Source: Lingula anatina
Taxonomy: Eukaryota > Animalia > Brachiopoda
Length of the DNA: 64,000 nt
Assembly (NCBI GenBank): GCA_051362555.1
Contig: CM120644.1
Span: 11,058,567 to 11,122,566, forward strand
Direction of reading: 5' to 3'
Numbering within the stretch: the stretch's first letter is position 1; each line of letters opens with the position of its first letter. Below the pieces are notes generated by a model. That model saw only the letters and a program-made list of their open reading frames with translations, had not been told where the DNA came from and did no database searches. Position numbers and translations under genes: made by a program. Shown one piece after another: positions 41,246 through 55,100 of the stretch.

Positions 41246-41532
41246 GTTGACCTCTACCACTGACCACGCTGACCTCTACCACTAACCACCTTGACCTCTA
41301 CCTCTGACCACGTTGACCTCTACCACTAACTACTTTGACCTTTACCATTGACTATGTGGACCTCTAGCTCTGACCACGTTGACCTCTACCAATGACAACG
41401 TTAACCTCTATCACTGACCAAGTGGACCTCTACCACTGACTACGTTGACCTCTATCACTGACCACAATGACCTCTACCTCTGACCACGGTTCAGCTCTAC
41501 CACTGACCATGTTGACTGACACCACTGACCAC
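41246..41532. repeat. 22-bp minisatellite, ~13 copies
   Basis: Consensus GTTGACCTCTACCACTGACCAC. Confidence 0.92.
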
Positions 41533-42665
41533 CAGACAAATGTTACATGTTAAAAGAGGCACACTACAGGATTTTATCACTTATGATTTCTTTATTTATT
41601 CATATGAATTTTCCCGTTTATGGCAAGTTCTCCTTTTAGTTTGGGAACACAAATGGCAAAGCTACATGTTTGTACTAGTTCACCTCAAGTATCATATACT
41701 GTTCTGTATACACATATTAATACATAGAGGTTTTTTAATGTTATCTTTAAATGAGAACTGAAGATTGTGGTCAGATAAGGAGTTTAACAACAGATTTGCC
41801 TATCGAGCAGTAAAACTAACTTGGTACTCAGACAAGATACCTGCATGCCCATACATCACGATGAAGATGACCTGTTTGAGGATAGAGCATGTACCTTATG
41901 GAGATGACAAAGATACCAACATGTCTGTTACATAATGCAGATAAAAATACTGCATGTGAATGCTAATTCTTCCCATGAAACATTCACCTTTCACAGCCAA
42001 ATGATATGTCTGAAGAAATATATAAATAAAAACTATGTTGCTGATGAGATGGTGGCATGGTAGAAGTCAATCTTTAACATGAAAGTATCTACACATTAAG
42101 TTTAAGTAGAAAAATTTTGATATACCTTTGTGTGAAAATAAATAAAATATGAGAATGATGCAAAACTTATAATCAGATATTTATCAAAAGTGGAAAAATC
42201 AAATGCCCCATACATGGACCATTGAACTACCTGAAACTCAACTAACAGCTGACCAATTACTTCTCACAACAATATCCATATTGTAATATCAACAAACTGA
42301 CATAGAAACCAATAACAATATAACATTAATTTAATACTATTATTATCATCAATGGCCTTCATGGTGATCAACTTCACACAAGATGACATTCAATCAGAGT
42401 GAGAAGACTTTATAATTTCAACATATTTCTTAGACATATTTAGACGTAATGTTTACTATGTACCTTAGAACTCCCTGTTGTTAATTGAGCGCATTTCTTA
42501 AAAATATGGACTCCGAGGACAGCAACAGTGCCTGTATATATACAGAGCACTTCTTCATTGGGGAAATGTCATGGCAACTAGTATTCAACAGTGTTCCACT
42601 ATCATTAAGACTCTACAGTGACAGTCACCTATCAACTGGAGTGTGGCTGTGTCAGGTACGTGTGT

Positions 42666-42835
42666 CAGGGGCGGATTTAGGCCGTCTTCTGGGTCTTCCG
42701 GAAGACGGTCAGATTTTCAAGTTTACATTGACGGGTATCTAATTTTTTCTGTCGGAAGACGGTCAAAAAATAGAGGATGGATCAACAAAATATAATATGG
42801 AAGACCGTCAGAAAATATCTCTGGATCCGCCCCTG
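42666..42835 (-). mobile_element. MITE family A copy 3 (inverted)
   Basis: TIR CAGGGGCGGAT / ATCCGCCCCTG; flanked by direct repeat CGTGTGT. Confidence 0.85.
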
Positions 42836-44757
42836 CGTGTGTGACACACCAATGACAAAATATTTACGTGAAAGACACATTCACACAAGGCAACAGAACT
42901 TGATAACAAAAACTGGTCTTAAATTTTCATACTAAATGTTTTTTTCATATGTTAAATCAGTATTACGGTGACTGTCAACTTAGCCAAAATGTTGTATATG
43001 ATTTATAAAGAGAAAAGAAAGGCTGATGCTTAAGACCAATAGCTACTTCGTTGTTGTGATCTTATCTACACATTTTATCCTGAATGGAATTTGAACAAAA
43101 GTTTCCCTTTTCAATAATTTGTTAAACTCAGCCCCAGGTCCGATGGGAATCTTCCTAAAATGAGGCTGATTTCACTGCATACAAGACTAGAAAACTTATA
43201 GAAGATCCAGGCTCAGTTACAATTACCACAGTGCTGATATCCTTGCCCACCAATCAGTGGTGCAAATTACACAGATTGCTAATGGATATGACAAATTAAT
43301 GCACAAACTAATGCAATTATTTATTATGGTAATGTTACATTTAACAATGACAATAATAGTAACAGATTATCCTTTGCATGAACACAACTCAGTGGGCTAC
43401 GTATAGTCACGCTTTTTCAAGAAAAACGTCCTAAATGTACATTATGGCAAATAAGTACTTTGAAAGAGTGCCATTACATTTACACGCCTACATGTGCATT
43501 CTCACTGTATATAATAACCATGGCAACTGCCTTTTGTGTCTCTCGTGGTGCTTTATCCCCAAGTGGTTGGCACATTCCTGTCACGGCAGAAATAAAACAT
43601 AGATTAATGTCTTAAAAGCTTTCTTTTGTCTGTACGTGCTACCTTACAGGTTACATAACAATCCAATTTATCAGTATTATCTTACCAAACGTGATAGATG
43701 AAAATATTTCATGATTTGAATTGCACATAATTGTAGTCCTCACAACATGTTAATGGGTGTATTTCACACCATTATTGTCCTTGAAAAATAACAGATCTGA
43801 ACATAACATTCAACAACCTGCTCCATTTCTATATACTTCATTCCCTGTGTATTCATTTCCAGTTCCCTGTGGAATTATTTTGAACAACAAAAAACTATCA
43901 ATGGCGGTTTCTTATGATAATGGAGGCCACCAGAGATTAGCGATATTAAAAATGCCCCATAGCATTTTAATTAGCGTGGGCCGTCTGTATTCCCTACTGC
44001 CCATTTCCCTGTGGCCCTGTCCTGTCAGGGAAATTAAAGGCACAAGACCTAGTAGCATCTGTCGGAGCTTATATTGATCTATTTACACCAGGTATGTCTG
44101 GTGGTCTATGGACATATACTTTGTCATGGTCATTGTAAATTGTAAAATTACCATGATAAATTATCATTATTTTTTGTTGATGCTGTTGTTATTATTTTTA
44201 TCATTTTTTAAATCTCTTATCATAAGATAAAGTGTAGATATATCCGGCCATAGAATATTTTGAAGAAATTCACCTGTGTCTATTGTCTTAATCAGTGGTT
44301 GGGCAATTTTATATCTTAGCACATTGTACATCTACTTAGTACATGAAAGTTATGCAAACTGTAAAATCCTTCCCCCCCTACAGTCTGGTGTTTTCTTTTC
44401 TATATATTTCTACATGTACTAGTAAAAGACTCTTCTTTTCAGCAATTCTGTTGTTCTGATGTATGATTTTAATGCAGCAGCAGCACATTTATTAAGGCCT
44501 TGAAATCCAGTATTAAGATCATGTTGATTATTCTTAATTATTCTTTCAACCTGAGGGACTATACCCCCAGAGCATAATTCACTTCTAAAATATTTCTATA
44601 ATTTGGCATCACCAGCCGAGTGACGCATCAATAACCAATGGCGTTCTTTTATAAAATATTAACAAGAGAGCAATTTGTATCTTAATCTCATGTTCCATAC
44701 TGTTTTCATCCAAATCCCTGTGGATCTACCCTGTCAGATAACCTGCATGACAAATGC

Positions 44758-44945
44758 ACTGGCAAAAGGCACACATCTCCCTGTCTCCCTCTGGTGGCAA
44801 AAGTAACACCTTCATCTCCCTCTAGTGGCAAAAAAATCTTTGTCTCCTTTTAGTTGCAAAAGATGCATGTTTGTCTCCCTCCAGCAGCAAAAGACGCATC
44901 ACAGTGAAAAAAGGCACACCTCTTTGTCTTACTTTAGTAGAGAAA
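44758..44945. repeat. Degenerate ~30-35 bp tandem repeat
   Basis: Recurring tggcaaaag..cac..ct..tgtctccct. Confidence 0.6.
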
Positions 44946-47914
44946 GAAAAGTATTTATGTCAGTTAAGTGGAAAAAGAGATATCTTTGTCTCTTTCTGTT
45001 GGGACTTTTCATTTATCATATAACAACAGATATTCTGTCAGCAGAAAAAAAACTAGTATCTGTTTCACAAATCAACTCAATGACAATGATTTTTTTTTTA
45101 ATCTCAGTGGCATCAATTGTCATCTTACATACAAAGAGCAATGTGTTCATAATGCCCTTGGGGAAAGAAATGCATTGCTTCCATTGTACTCACCAAACAC
45201 ATTCCAAATTGATTGATGCACCACATGCTGTAAACCCAGCATAGCTAACAACATGCAGTCAACAACACCTATACTAGTATGGGGCAAAAGCACAGTAAAA
45301 CCAATACAAAGAACAAGTCTTTTGATCAGATCCCTGTATCCTAAGATTGTGTTGCAACTGGTAAAACCACATTTCCTCTATACAATTGACAAGAGATTAG
45401 TGGACCTTTTAAAAAATTCATAAAAATGTCAGCGCAGCAGGTGAAAATCTCAACGTGGATAAATCTAGAACACTTTCATCTTTAAGTTGACAATTCATAC
45501 ATTATCTTGTAAACACGACATACCTGAAATCAAAACTAAGTTTTTTGATCGGCCTTGAAATATCCTGCTGATAAAACCTGAATGATGAAAGCAGCACATG
45601 CAAAGTCACATAAGAAAAAAATCAATACTGTCAAAGGTATGGCATTTCACAAAATTACTTCTCTTTATTAAAAAATACATGAAACATTTATTTCCATTAT
45701 GATTACCCGCAGCAGATATGATTCGCTCATTAAGACCATTTTATGGCATTAGGAAAAATACAAGGTTTTTCCATTTGCTGATAATATGTATTTAATGGAC
45801 TGAACAGTTCACCAGTGCTTAGCATGCACTCCGTAAAGATTCCTGTAACAGGCGGAAATGTGTTATTTACTGATAATGTTTTGAGGTTTTTTTTTCCTCA
45901 AGATTTGCCTATGAAGTGGATACAGTGTATGTAAAATTGCATATTTGAGATTCTAATGATTTAGCCTGATCATAAAACAGACTAAAATTTTAAGGCTTAG
46001 GTCCAATTTTAGACTTTACTTATTGAACTTTTTAGGAGAAGGGAACTGGTCCTGGTACACTGTGATGGCTAAGCAACTTGTTGATAAGTTATCTTGCTTC
46101 ATTTATATGTCAAATCAACTCAAGGATATTATAAATGTTTAAATCAGACATTTTTGTACCAGTAACAATGTACCAGATTTATTCAACAGTGAAAGACAAC
46201 TTCATCTCTGTTTTACAAAACCACACCTCATAAACAATAATTTTCACAAATGAAGCACAAATGACTCGAGCCACGAATTAAGTACCCCTATGTAAAATTA
46301 CAACTTGGATTTATGAATTGTGATTCCTATCACTGTGGTCGTGGCAACTGATTTTACGTTTTACCTTCTTCATTTGTGGCTGGAGTCGTTTATTTGGGCA
46401 TTTATGCTCACAAATCTGAGCTTCGCATTCACACATGCCTAATCCATTTGTAAGGCCTGAATATGGTCAAGTAAACTTCACCCTACCTTGAAGATTAAGT
46501 GGTAAATATTTCACTGTACAGATGGGGTTTGTATTACAGGAAGACCAAAGACGAAAATGAGGTCAACCACCCTGAGCATCACAGCTTTAAACCATGGTGA
46601 CTAAAAGGCTTTGAATATGACAATGTGGGCTGCATATCATGAGAGTCTTATCAATACAGTTAATTAATTTTATCTTTGAACTTTCCAGATCAAACCTCTT
46701 CACAAATGAATTAGCAAAGAAATTATCTTACTTTTTTTTTTTTTTTTTTTTATATAGAAAAAAATGAATAATTTTCAGCAGGTACAAAAGGAGAAACTCC
46801 ACTGTCTGGTATTTATATTCAGGGTGTTTGGAAAAAGCTGAGATAGCCACATGCTGAATTGGCCAACACAGAAATCAAGACAAGAATGCAATAAATACTG
46901 CTTGAATGATACTATACTTCTACACAAATTACACCAAACTGACAAATAGGAAAGATCTCAATCATTTTCTTGTTTCAGTTCTTCCACCCACCCCTGTTAC
47001 ACACAGCGAGTCTGTTGTCAATTTGTAATTACAAACCCCATTACATCGTGATATCAGAAGGTGCAAAAACAAGAGAACAACCATTCTGATGCACCTCTAA
47101 AAAACTGAAAAAAAAAAAATCTTAGAAAGAGCTACTGTCTGAAAATTAACACCCAAAGCTGTGAACTTTTTCATACTGAATTTATAATGTATGTAACTCC
47201 TATCAATTCATTCACAAGTCAGTTAAGGTGATTTCCACTTGGCAGCATATGACACCATGCTGGTACTACCCTTTTGAATGCAATCATTTCTCACCGATTT
47301 GCATGGTGACATATTTAGCCATCAAAAGCAGCACGTTAAGAGCAAGTCCCTTGCAGAAAAATTGTCTAAATGACCTGTATTCTCAAGTGAACCCAATCCA
47401 TTAAAATTAAGAGGCACAATGTGATATCATGGCAATCTGTGTATGATCTGCTAGTATCAGATCTCTTAAATTTGACTGTTTATGGCTCAAGAAGCCCCTA
47501 GCTGCTCTAAACATGACTTACTTACTCCAAATTCTGATCACAAATTATATTCAGATCAAGCACCCTCTACTATGGAAAAAGAGAATTCAACAATGGCAGA
47601 CATAGAATGCTAGCTACGTACCATACAGACATCATGCTATCCTTACGCAATTTTACAGTTAACATGTCATAGTATATAATACAATGAAATCTATTCTGTA
47701 AAGACCCAGTACTGAATCACCCCTCTTTTAAAAAAAAAAAACCCTCTAATCCTGCTAAGCTCTAGTGTCACTTTTCAAGAGGCTTTATATGCACCAAAGT
47801 CAATAAATCCCAAGTCTGCCTGACAGAATGGTTAAATAGAAGCAGTTTGAACACAGCATTTGTTTTATGACAATTTAGGTAAATTAATGATTATTTGATT
47901 ATTTTACTCTCTAA

Positions 47915-48129
47915 GGCTCTATTCCCATAGATTTTAGATCGATCTATCCCCGCGGGGAGTCTCACTAGATTACTTTCAGATAATCCGACTTAAATGTCCG
48001 TCCCGCCTACTACAAGCTGTAAGGGGATAATTAACTTTCGTGTCCGCCCGGCTGACAGCTATTTAGCGTGAACCCCCAGGGAGTTAGGTCGATCTAAAGT
48101 AGGTCGATCTAATCTATGGAAATGGGGTC
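47915..48129 (+). mobile_element. MITE family B (PIF/Harbinger-like), young copy
   Basis: TAA on both sides; imperfect TIR GGCTCTATTCCCATAGATT / AATCTATGGAAATGGGGTC; CpG-rich. Confidence 0.85.
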
Positions 48130-48445
48130 TAAAACAAAGAGTTATTGTATGAAGTGATTCCTTCAAGCTGAGTGATGGGCCGTGACAGTTAAATGATTTA
48201 ACGAAAAAGATTGTGCTGCCATCTATCTGATGCACTGAATATACAACATGATGAGGACTGGGGTTGGGTTAATTCCCAGAAGAACACAAGATGGGAAGTT
48301 GTTCTACACTGACTATTATTCTTACACCATGAATGATGAAAGCAGTTTGCCTTAAATTGTGTTGAAGTAGCAGGCCACATGATTAGCTGATTAAATAGAA
48401 GACCTCCGAATTTGCAGAGGTGTGAAGTCTCTTGGTTCCTTGTAT

Positions 48446-48569
<124 letters not shown>

Positions 48570-49032
48570 AACTTTAGAAAATCTCATGGGGCAACTTTTC
48601 ATCAATCTTAAAGAGAATAGAATTTTTAAAAATATAGATATTTAAAATAAAATTGTCCTTCTTATCCTCACCCTATCCTACGATGCAATCTCTATGGCAG
48701 CCAGCTGGTTGCTGATGTCATTTCATATATATAGCTGTAAATATCCAGGGACAAAAATCTCTGTTGCATGGTATAGATTGAGCAAGCTTACATCATCCTC
48801 TGCACAGCAGTGTTTTCCCAAAACTTCTGTAAACCAATTCCCTGCTGTCCAATCAATCACAGCACCAATTTCCCAATATTTGATGCTTTACTTCATCTCA
48901 AGACGAGACGAGAACGTTCTCAGGTTGCTGATAACATCACGAAGACTAATTTAAGATTGATAAAAACATGAGGTCAACAATCTCTTCACTTTACTTCACA
49001 CGTCACAACCTTTAAATGTCCAGTCACCTTTA

Positions 49033-49257
49033 GAGACCATTCCCACAGATATTTAGATCGATTTATTCCCCTGGGGAGTCTCACTAGATTGCTGGCAGCT
49101 TAACCGGCTTAAATGTCTATCCCCCTTACTAAAAGCTGTAAGGGGGTAATTAACTTTTGTGTGTGTCTTGGCTCCCGGAAGCTGACAGCAATTCAGCGTG
49201 AAACCCCAGGGAGTTGGGTCGATCCAGATGGATCGATCTAAGTATGGGAACCCAGTC
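49033..49257 (+). mobile_element. MITE family B, diverged copy
   Basis: Colinear with 47915-48129 (ggggagtctcactagatt, taattaacttt, gctgacagc, ccccagggagtt); TTA/TAA flanks. Confidence 0.8.
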
Positions 49258-50763
49258 TAAGCATCATCTCCAGCCAGCCTTAACTCCATGAAATTCAATC
49301 TAGGCAATGATTTCCAGGGAATTGTCTCCTATATTTAGCTGGGATATGCCGTCTTACCCTAGATATCTTTACAAGACATTTCCTTGGTTAATGGGGTCTG
49401 ATCCTTCCTCCACTTTCACTCTGCTTTAACAAAATATAATCAATTTCTCAGCTTATGTTATGCACTGCCTGAAGAGGGCCACAACATCTGTCTGTTTTCT
49501 TGCTAAAATATCCATTTGTGCTTGGAAAAATTTGCATTTGTATTAGATTTCTTTGGCATCATCATTTGTATTAGATTTCTTTGGCATCACCACTTAATTT
49601 TTGATTGAAATCACTAATGATGCAGTTTAATCCAAGCAAATGTCATATTACAGGCTTGCAGTCAGCAGTTTCAAAGAGGAGGGGGGGGGGGTATTTTTCT
49701 TTTGAAAATGTGGACCTTTTTTTAACCCCCTTGTTGATCAAATTTGGGAAATGAGACAGAACCTACATTACAACAAATTTTGATCCAGACACAATAACTT
49801 CACACAGTATCTGTTTTATTTCATCCTTTTTATAAGTCTGGCAACATTCTCTTCACCTTTATAACAGTCGACCTGATAAAATAATGCAGGATGATTGGAT
49901 TTGAGCAAATAATGATTTAGATATATAAAGATATCCCCACCTTTTATGATCTACAGAGTTAAGCTATAAGCTTTGCGTAATCCAACATAATATTATGTAA
50001 TTGGCAGCTCGCGAACTGCGATCCATTATGTAGGAAGTGACTCCATTGCCCCATTACTTTATCCATTATCAACCCTTAGATCATAAAATGAACAAAAATT
50101 GATATATGAATATAAAATCTTAGCTAATGATAAAGGGTAGTTATACACCTTATACAGGAATAATTAATTTTCAGATAGGCAGTAATTGGAAGAGACAGGG
50201 AGTAAATAGAAGGGATTTTTAATACCAATGCTTAAGTGCCGTATGACATTTATCTTATCCTAGATCATTATAACAGATAGTAGATTTGCAACTATCAAAT
50301 AAAATGTTTTAAATTTCGACTAAAATTGATTTCCATGAATATGTCGGACCTTTTGATCTCGGCCAAAAATAATGCATCCATTCACTCCTGTATCAAACTA
50401 GGGGAACTTGAAAATGATATTCCCAATCAAAAGCAATCTGACATCTGCCTTTTATTGGGTCTCCACGTTGATGCAAATAAATAAGGTTTACATGTTAAAA
50501 ATAACCAACACTGGTCGATGGGATCAATGGTAATTTAGAAACCAATGCAAACAGTCCCAACAATCCCGTGAGCCAGTAATTGAAAAAGATATCCAAAAAC
50601 AAAATGCTCAAATGCAGAATGACACCTGTCCGTTTTCATTAGAAAGATAAGTGGAAAAAAAGTCTCGTAAGCTGTCAGCAAGAAGGTCAAGGTTAATTCA
50701 GCAACCACTGTGGGTATACACAGACCAATATGTGACCTTGCTGCCCTTCCTACCTGACTTTAT

Positions 50764-50950
50764 CAGGCTTACAGCCAGCAATTTCAAAGGGGAGGGTCGT
50801 TTCTGAAAAAGTGAACCTTTTACCATAAAACCACCGTGCATCCATATCAAATTTTTATTCAAAGTGGACCTTTTTCAAGCAAAAAGGGCAGTTCATTCGA
50901 ACCCCCTGAACCCCCCCCCCCCCCCCCCCCCCCCCCTGGCGACAGGCCTG
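50764..50950 (+). mobile_element. MITE family C (hAT-like CAGGC termini)
   Basis: CAGGCTTACAGCCAG / CTGGCGACAGGCCTG; internal aaagtggacctttt and aaaagggcagttc shared with 58840-58999, and fragments at ~49651-49725 and ~39850-39970 (inverted). Confidence 0.7.
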
Positions 50951-51040
50951 TTAAAGTTTATTGCTAAAGACGGGTAGAAAGAAGTGAGGCTAAAACAATG
51001 AAAATATTCCTACTAGTAAGTGGAACAGCACTCAGAGAGC

Positions 51041-51087
<47 letters not shown>

Positions 51088-54000
51088 GGGGGGGGGAAGG
51101 GGGGGCACGCTTTTTTCAGGAACTTTGATTCCATGATCTATTCCATTTTTATTATCTACCTCATCTCTTGTAACAAGGCATATTTCTCATTTCAACTAAA
51201 TTTGGAATTTTGTTATTCCATACTGATAAAACTGATGCTTATGACTATAAATTATGAAACCTTTCGATCACCAATTGTGACAGCTCAATTCTGACATATG
51301 GCTTTATGGTGAAAATGGAGAAGCTGTTCCCCTGACAGTCTGATGATGAAATTATATATTAAACTGTAATTTGTTATGCTATATCTGCATATTAAATCCA
51401 GTTCCCTCTTATCTTAACTGACACACCAAAAGAAACTGACATAAATCTAATATATATGCACAACGCCTGCCTGTCGGTTATTTCCAGACAGAAGACTCCG
51501 CATGAAGATTTTCTACTAAATCTTTGACAGCCAAACCATTTACTTGACGTCCCTCTGAGATGCACATCAGGAACCTTGGCGTGATCAGCGTAACCATCAT
51601 ATCACCATCTAATCCATCCTAAAGATTTTTTTTCTTTTCGAGGAGAAGCATGTTGGCAAAAATTCCATGAATGGACCATTAAGACTGGTTAACCCAATCC
51701 TGACAGCATTTTGTTATTTTGTCTACAAACAGAAATGTATCCAACTGCCTAATGACCAATTACAGGAAGATTTAAGCCCGCCAAATTGGATACCTCTTGC
51801 TCGAAACCAATAGCAGATTAATTATTCAACAGCATCAGGATATTTGGATTGCTTTACCTTATGTAGACAAAGTTTTGTCCATTATAGGATACGACTGCCC
51901 CCCCAAAAGAGCCTAAGCAAACTGTTGCGCACCATGATCGTAAAGAACTGAGCCAAACTTTGCCTCAAGTAAACAAGCCTTATTTCCATTGGCAGACCTT
52001 TTGTGGGTATAATGTCTAGGAACATTAATGTTACTTGTGTGTTACACCAATTTATTACCAGTTATATAAACACACTATGCGTCAAATAAACACATTACAT
52101 GATTCACATTAATATTTCAAGTTACCAGTCGTATTTCTAGTCACATTATGACAACTTTATTTGCAGAACACGTTTCCAACAAAAACTTCAATGTAAGTAC
52201 TAGTACTAGTTTCAAGACAAGGCAACTACTAATTATGTTCTTGTATACGGTATACAGTCGATGACTCTTCTTGTAACGGATTTATTCCATGACTGGCCCT
52301 GCAAATGACACCTAGGGTAACTACACTCATATTTCACTTACAAAAGGACAAAAAAGAGCAGGGAAAGCACTATATGTGAACTGAAATACAGGCAAGCGTA
52401 CACATCTTGTCAGTGAAATAGAAGTGATTTATCCTATTGTTCCAAGTGCCGGCCATAGGATAAGTAATAGATACAGAATTTTACCATATTTGCACAAGAC
52501 CTAGATCAAATTCTGATTCAGAGCAGACGTATTCCTAACCAAAATGGTCGTTCGTTTGAACCTAAGCACACCACTATCTCATGCCTGCAGACTAAGGCAC
52601 ATGTTTGGAAGGTGTTCGCAAAATACACAATATTTGAGTCTTTTTTTGGACACTGGCTGCAATAAATTGATTTTTCACAAATGGATCACTAACGTAGAAG
52701 TGATTATTCCACCTTCCTATGGTAGAAATTGTAATTGAAAATTTGCTGGGATTTTGTATTTTAACTTGAATGTACTACTCTTGATCTTAACTGAAGAGCA
52801 TACAGATGTTTGTTACATAAATCTATCATTTTGACAGACACATAAATAACTTACAAAAACTATTAGCTGTTTTATTTGGGTTTAGAATCCCGCAAGATGT
52901 TTTATTTCACTGTTAATTGGCGATAAAGAGCAATCCTGGATTTACTAAGTAAGACTTACGTCAAACAAATGTCCGTCTTTCAAACTCATTAATTCTGACC
53001 TTCACACTGTTAGACCCCTTTCCAAAAGACACCACTGATCTACGCAGATCAATCCAAGTCTGCAGGGATTCTCGCTGAGTGCAATCAGCTTAACTAGCGA
53101 GCCATTAATGTAAGAATGAGTTAATTAATCAATAATAATGAGAACTGAGCGGCCTGGGTGGAGGACTATGCTCTCTGGGTGATTTTCCAGTTATAACTTC
53201 AATCTATTATTATTGTTGTTATTAACATAGTCATTATTCTTAAATTAATGTGACTGCCTCTTTAAGTTAACAGAATTGCTTTAACTGCAAAATATTTTTT
53301 TCTTGCGACAAGTAATAAATGAATGTGCCTGTAAATGTAATTGGCTCTCTCCTCTAGTCTTAATGTGGCCTTCAAAAAAAGATCTACAACATTTCAAAAA
53401 CTCAGGACATAATTTATGACCTAAAAAACATTAAGTAACCCTTAATCCATGTTTTAAGATAATACCTAGTTACACACATTGGTGAAAACATTTTCTTCTC
53501 ATCTCATGCAGCTACCATGTACTAGTCCAGAGATCACAATCTGGCAAACCTGGGCTTAATTCAGCTATAAGACCAGAGAGAAATATGGTATATTTCACAT
53601 TATTTGAACATAATTCAATCTGTTATACAAAGAAAAAGTACTCACTTAACCAAAATGGCTAAGGACAGCAATTCATCATCCACATAAGAGTTGCGGCTTT
53701 TTTTTATTCAGGGTAATATAATAAATCCACAACACATATTTATGACCTTGCACTAAGGAAGTAATAATTCAGAAAAACAAATCATTATTTAAAGTAACTT
53801 GTCTATTCAGACGTTTGCTTGGAAGAAGATGAATTTAGCTCTGGGAAACCACCCAACCAATACAAAAATAGCATCCCTAAGAAATTTAGATGTATATCAT
53901 CCAGCAGCATTTACTTAAAGAATCTCTCTCTCACTCTCTCTCTCTCTAATCTTCATGATTTTTTTTATTTATTTTTTTTTTTACAGGAACAAAACACAAT

Positions 54001-54882
54001 CATACCACTAAGTAAAGACGCGCACACTTACATCCGTAACTGTCATCACTATGCAGTGGGGTATATTTGTGTGCAAAAATCAGTCAATGCAGACATCCCG
54101 CAATGCCTCTGATCACATCATCTTGTAGCATATTTTGGACCTAAAACGGTTTAGGCTTACTAGTCTGAATACACCTTATTTTCCTAAGATAGCTGTTGAG
54201 TTACCAAATGTCAATGTCATTTCTTGCTGAAACCTCCCCCAAATGCACTTAAATGTATTCCATTTCAATTTCCACCGACACTTAAGCAATGGCATGGTTC
54301 ACCAGTAAAACTAGACACTAAAAGGTTTATTTTAATGGATGAATTTACCTTCAATGACCATCAAATTTCTCTCAGATGGACCTTTTTATCCACTGTTTTT
54401 ATCAAGTGCAAATCGGTTCAGAATATAATGTGACAGCGATGTCTTTATCTGTGGAAGTTAGACTGCCTTGAGGCTTTTTTAAAAATATTGTTGAGTAAGA
54501 TAATACAGAGTGGTGACGAGTGTACATGTGTACGTATCAGTAAAATATCATGTTCATGTATATTTGCACCCATGTATACATGCTAGTCTTAAGTTTACAA
54601 TGTAAGGAATTTATGCACATTTTTATATTTCAGACATCTGATTCACTACAACAGTTACATACATCACAAGTATACATAGCTCTTATTTATCACTAGTGAG
54701 AAGAAGGAATGCTTATTCTACAGGAAGGTGGGAGATCTTCCCCTCAAACATTCTTCTTGGAATCTACTGAATTCTCCAGGATTTGAACCTTTTACATATT
54801 TTCAAAAACAATTTTTGTCCAGAAATATGAGGAAAAATAAATCCCACACTTGATTTACTTTTTAAGCAGGAAAAGCACTTAC

Positions 54883-55100
54883 CAAGAAGAATGAATTCAC
54901 AGGAGAAAGTTGACAAGTCCAATACGAAGGCTCTCAGCAGTGAAAACAAGTGAAAAATTGCTCAGTGAACTGGAACAGTCTTAACTACTCCAGGAGAGTA
55001 GCAGCAGCAAAATAACAAGAATTTTTAAACTATTCCTGCAGCCTCCTCTTCCTCTTCTCAATCCTCTGCTTCGTAGACTCAATCGTCATTAACGTCAGAC
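54883..55100 (-). other. Putative upstream (5' leader) exon, 218 nt
   Basis: Strong acceptor tttcatctttcttttcacag|GTCTGAC at 55101 and donor TTCTTG|gtaagt at 54882; purine-rich ESE-like interior (GAGAAGAGGAAGAGGAGG). Link to ZC3H10 is inferred from strand and absence of another gene. Confidence 0.6.

Noticed and set aside
55030-55089. Similarity of KRKRR peptide to RPL41, the neighbour of human ZC3H10
   Set aside because: Only the basic pentamer matches; the invariant MRAKWRKKRMRRL start is absent.
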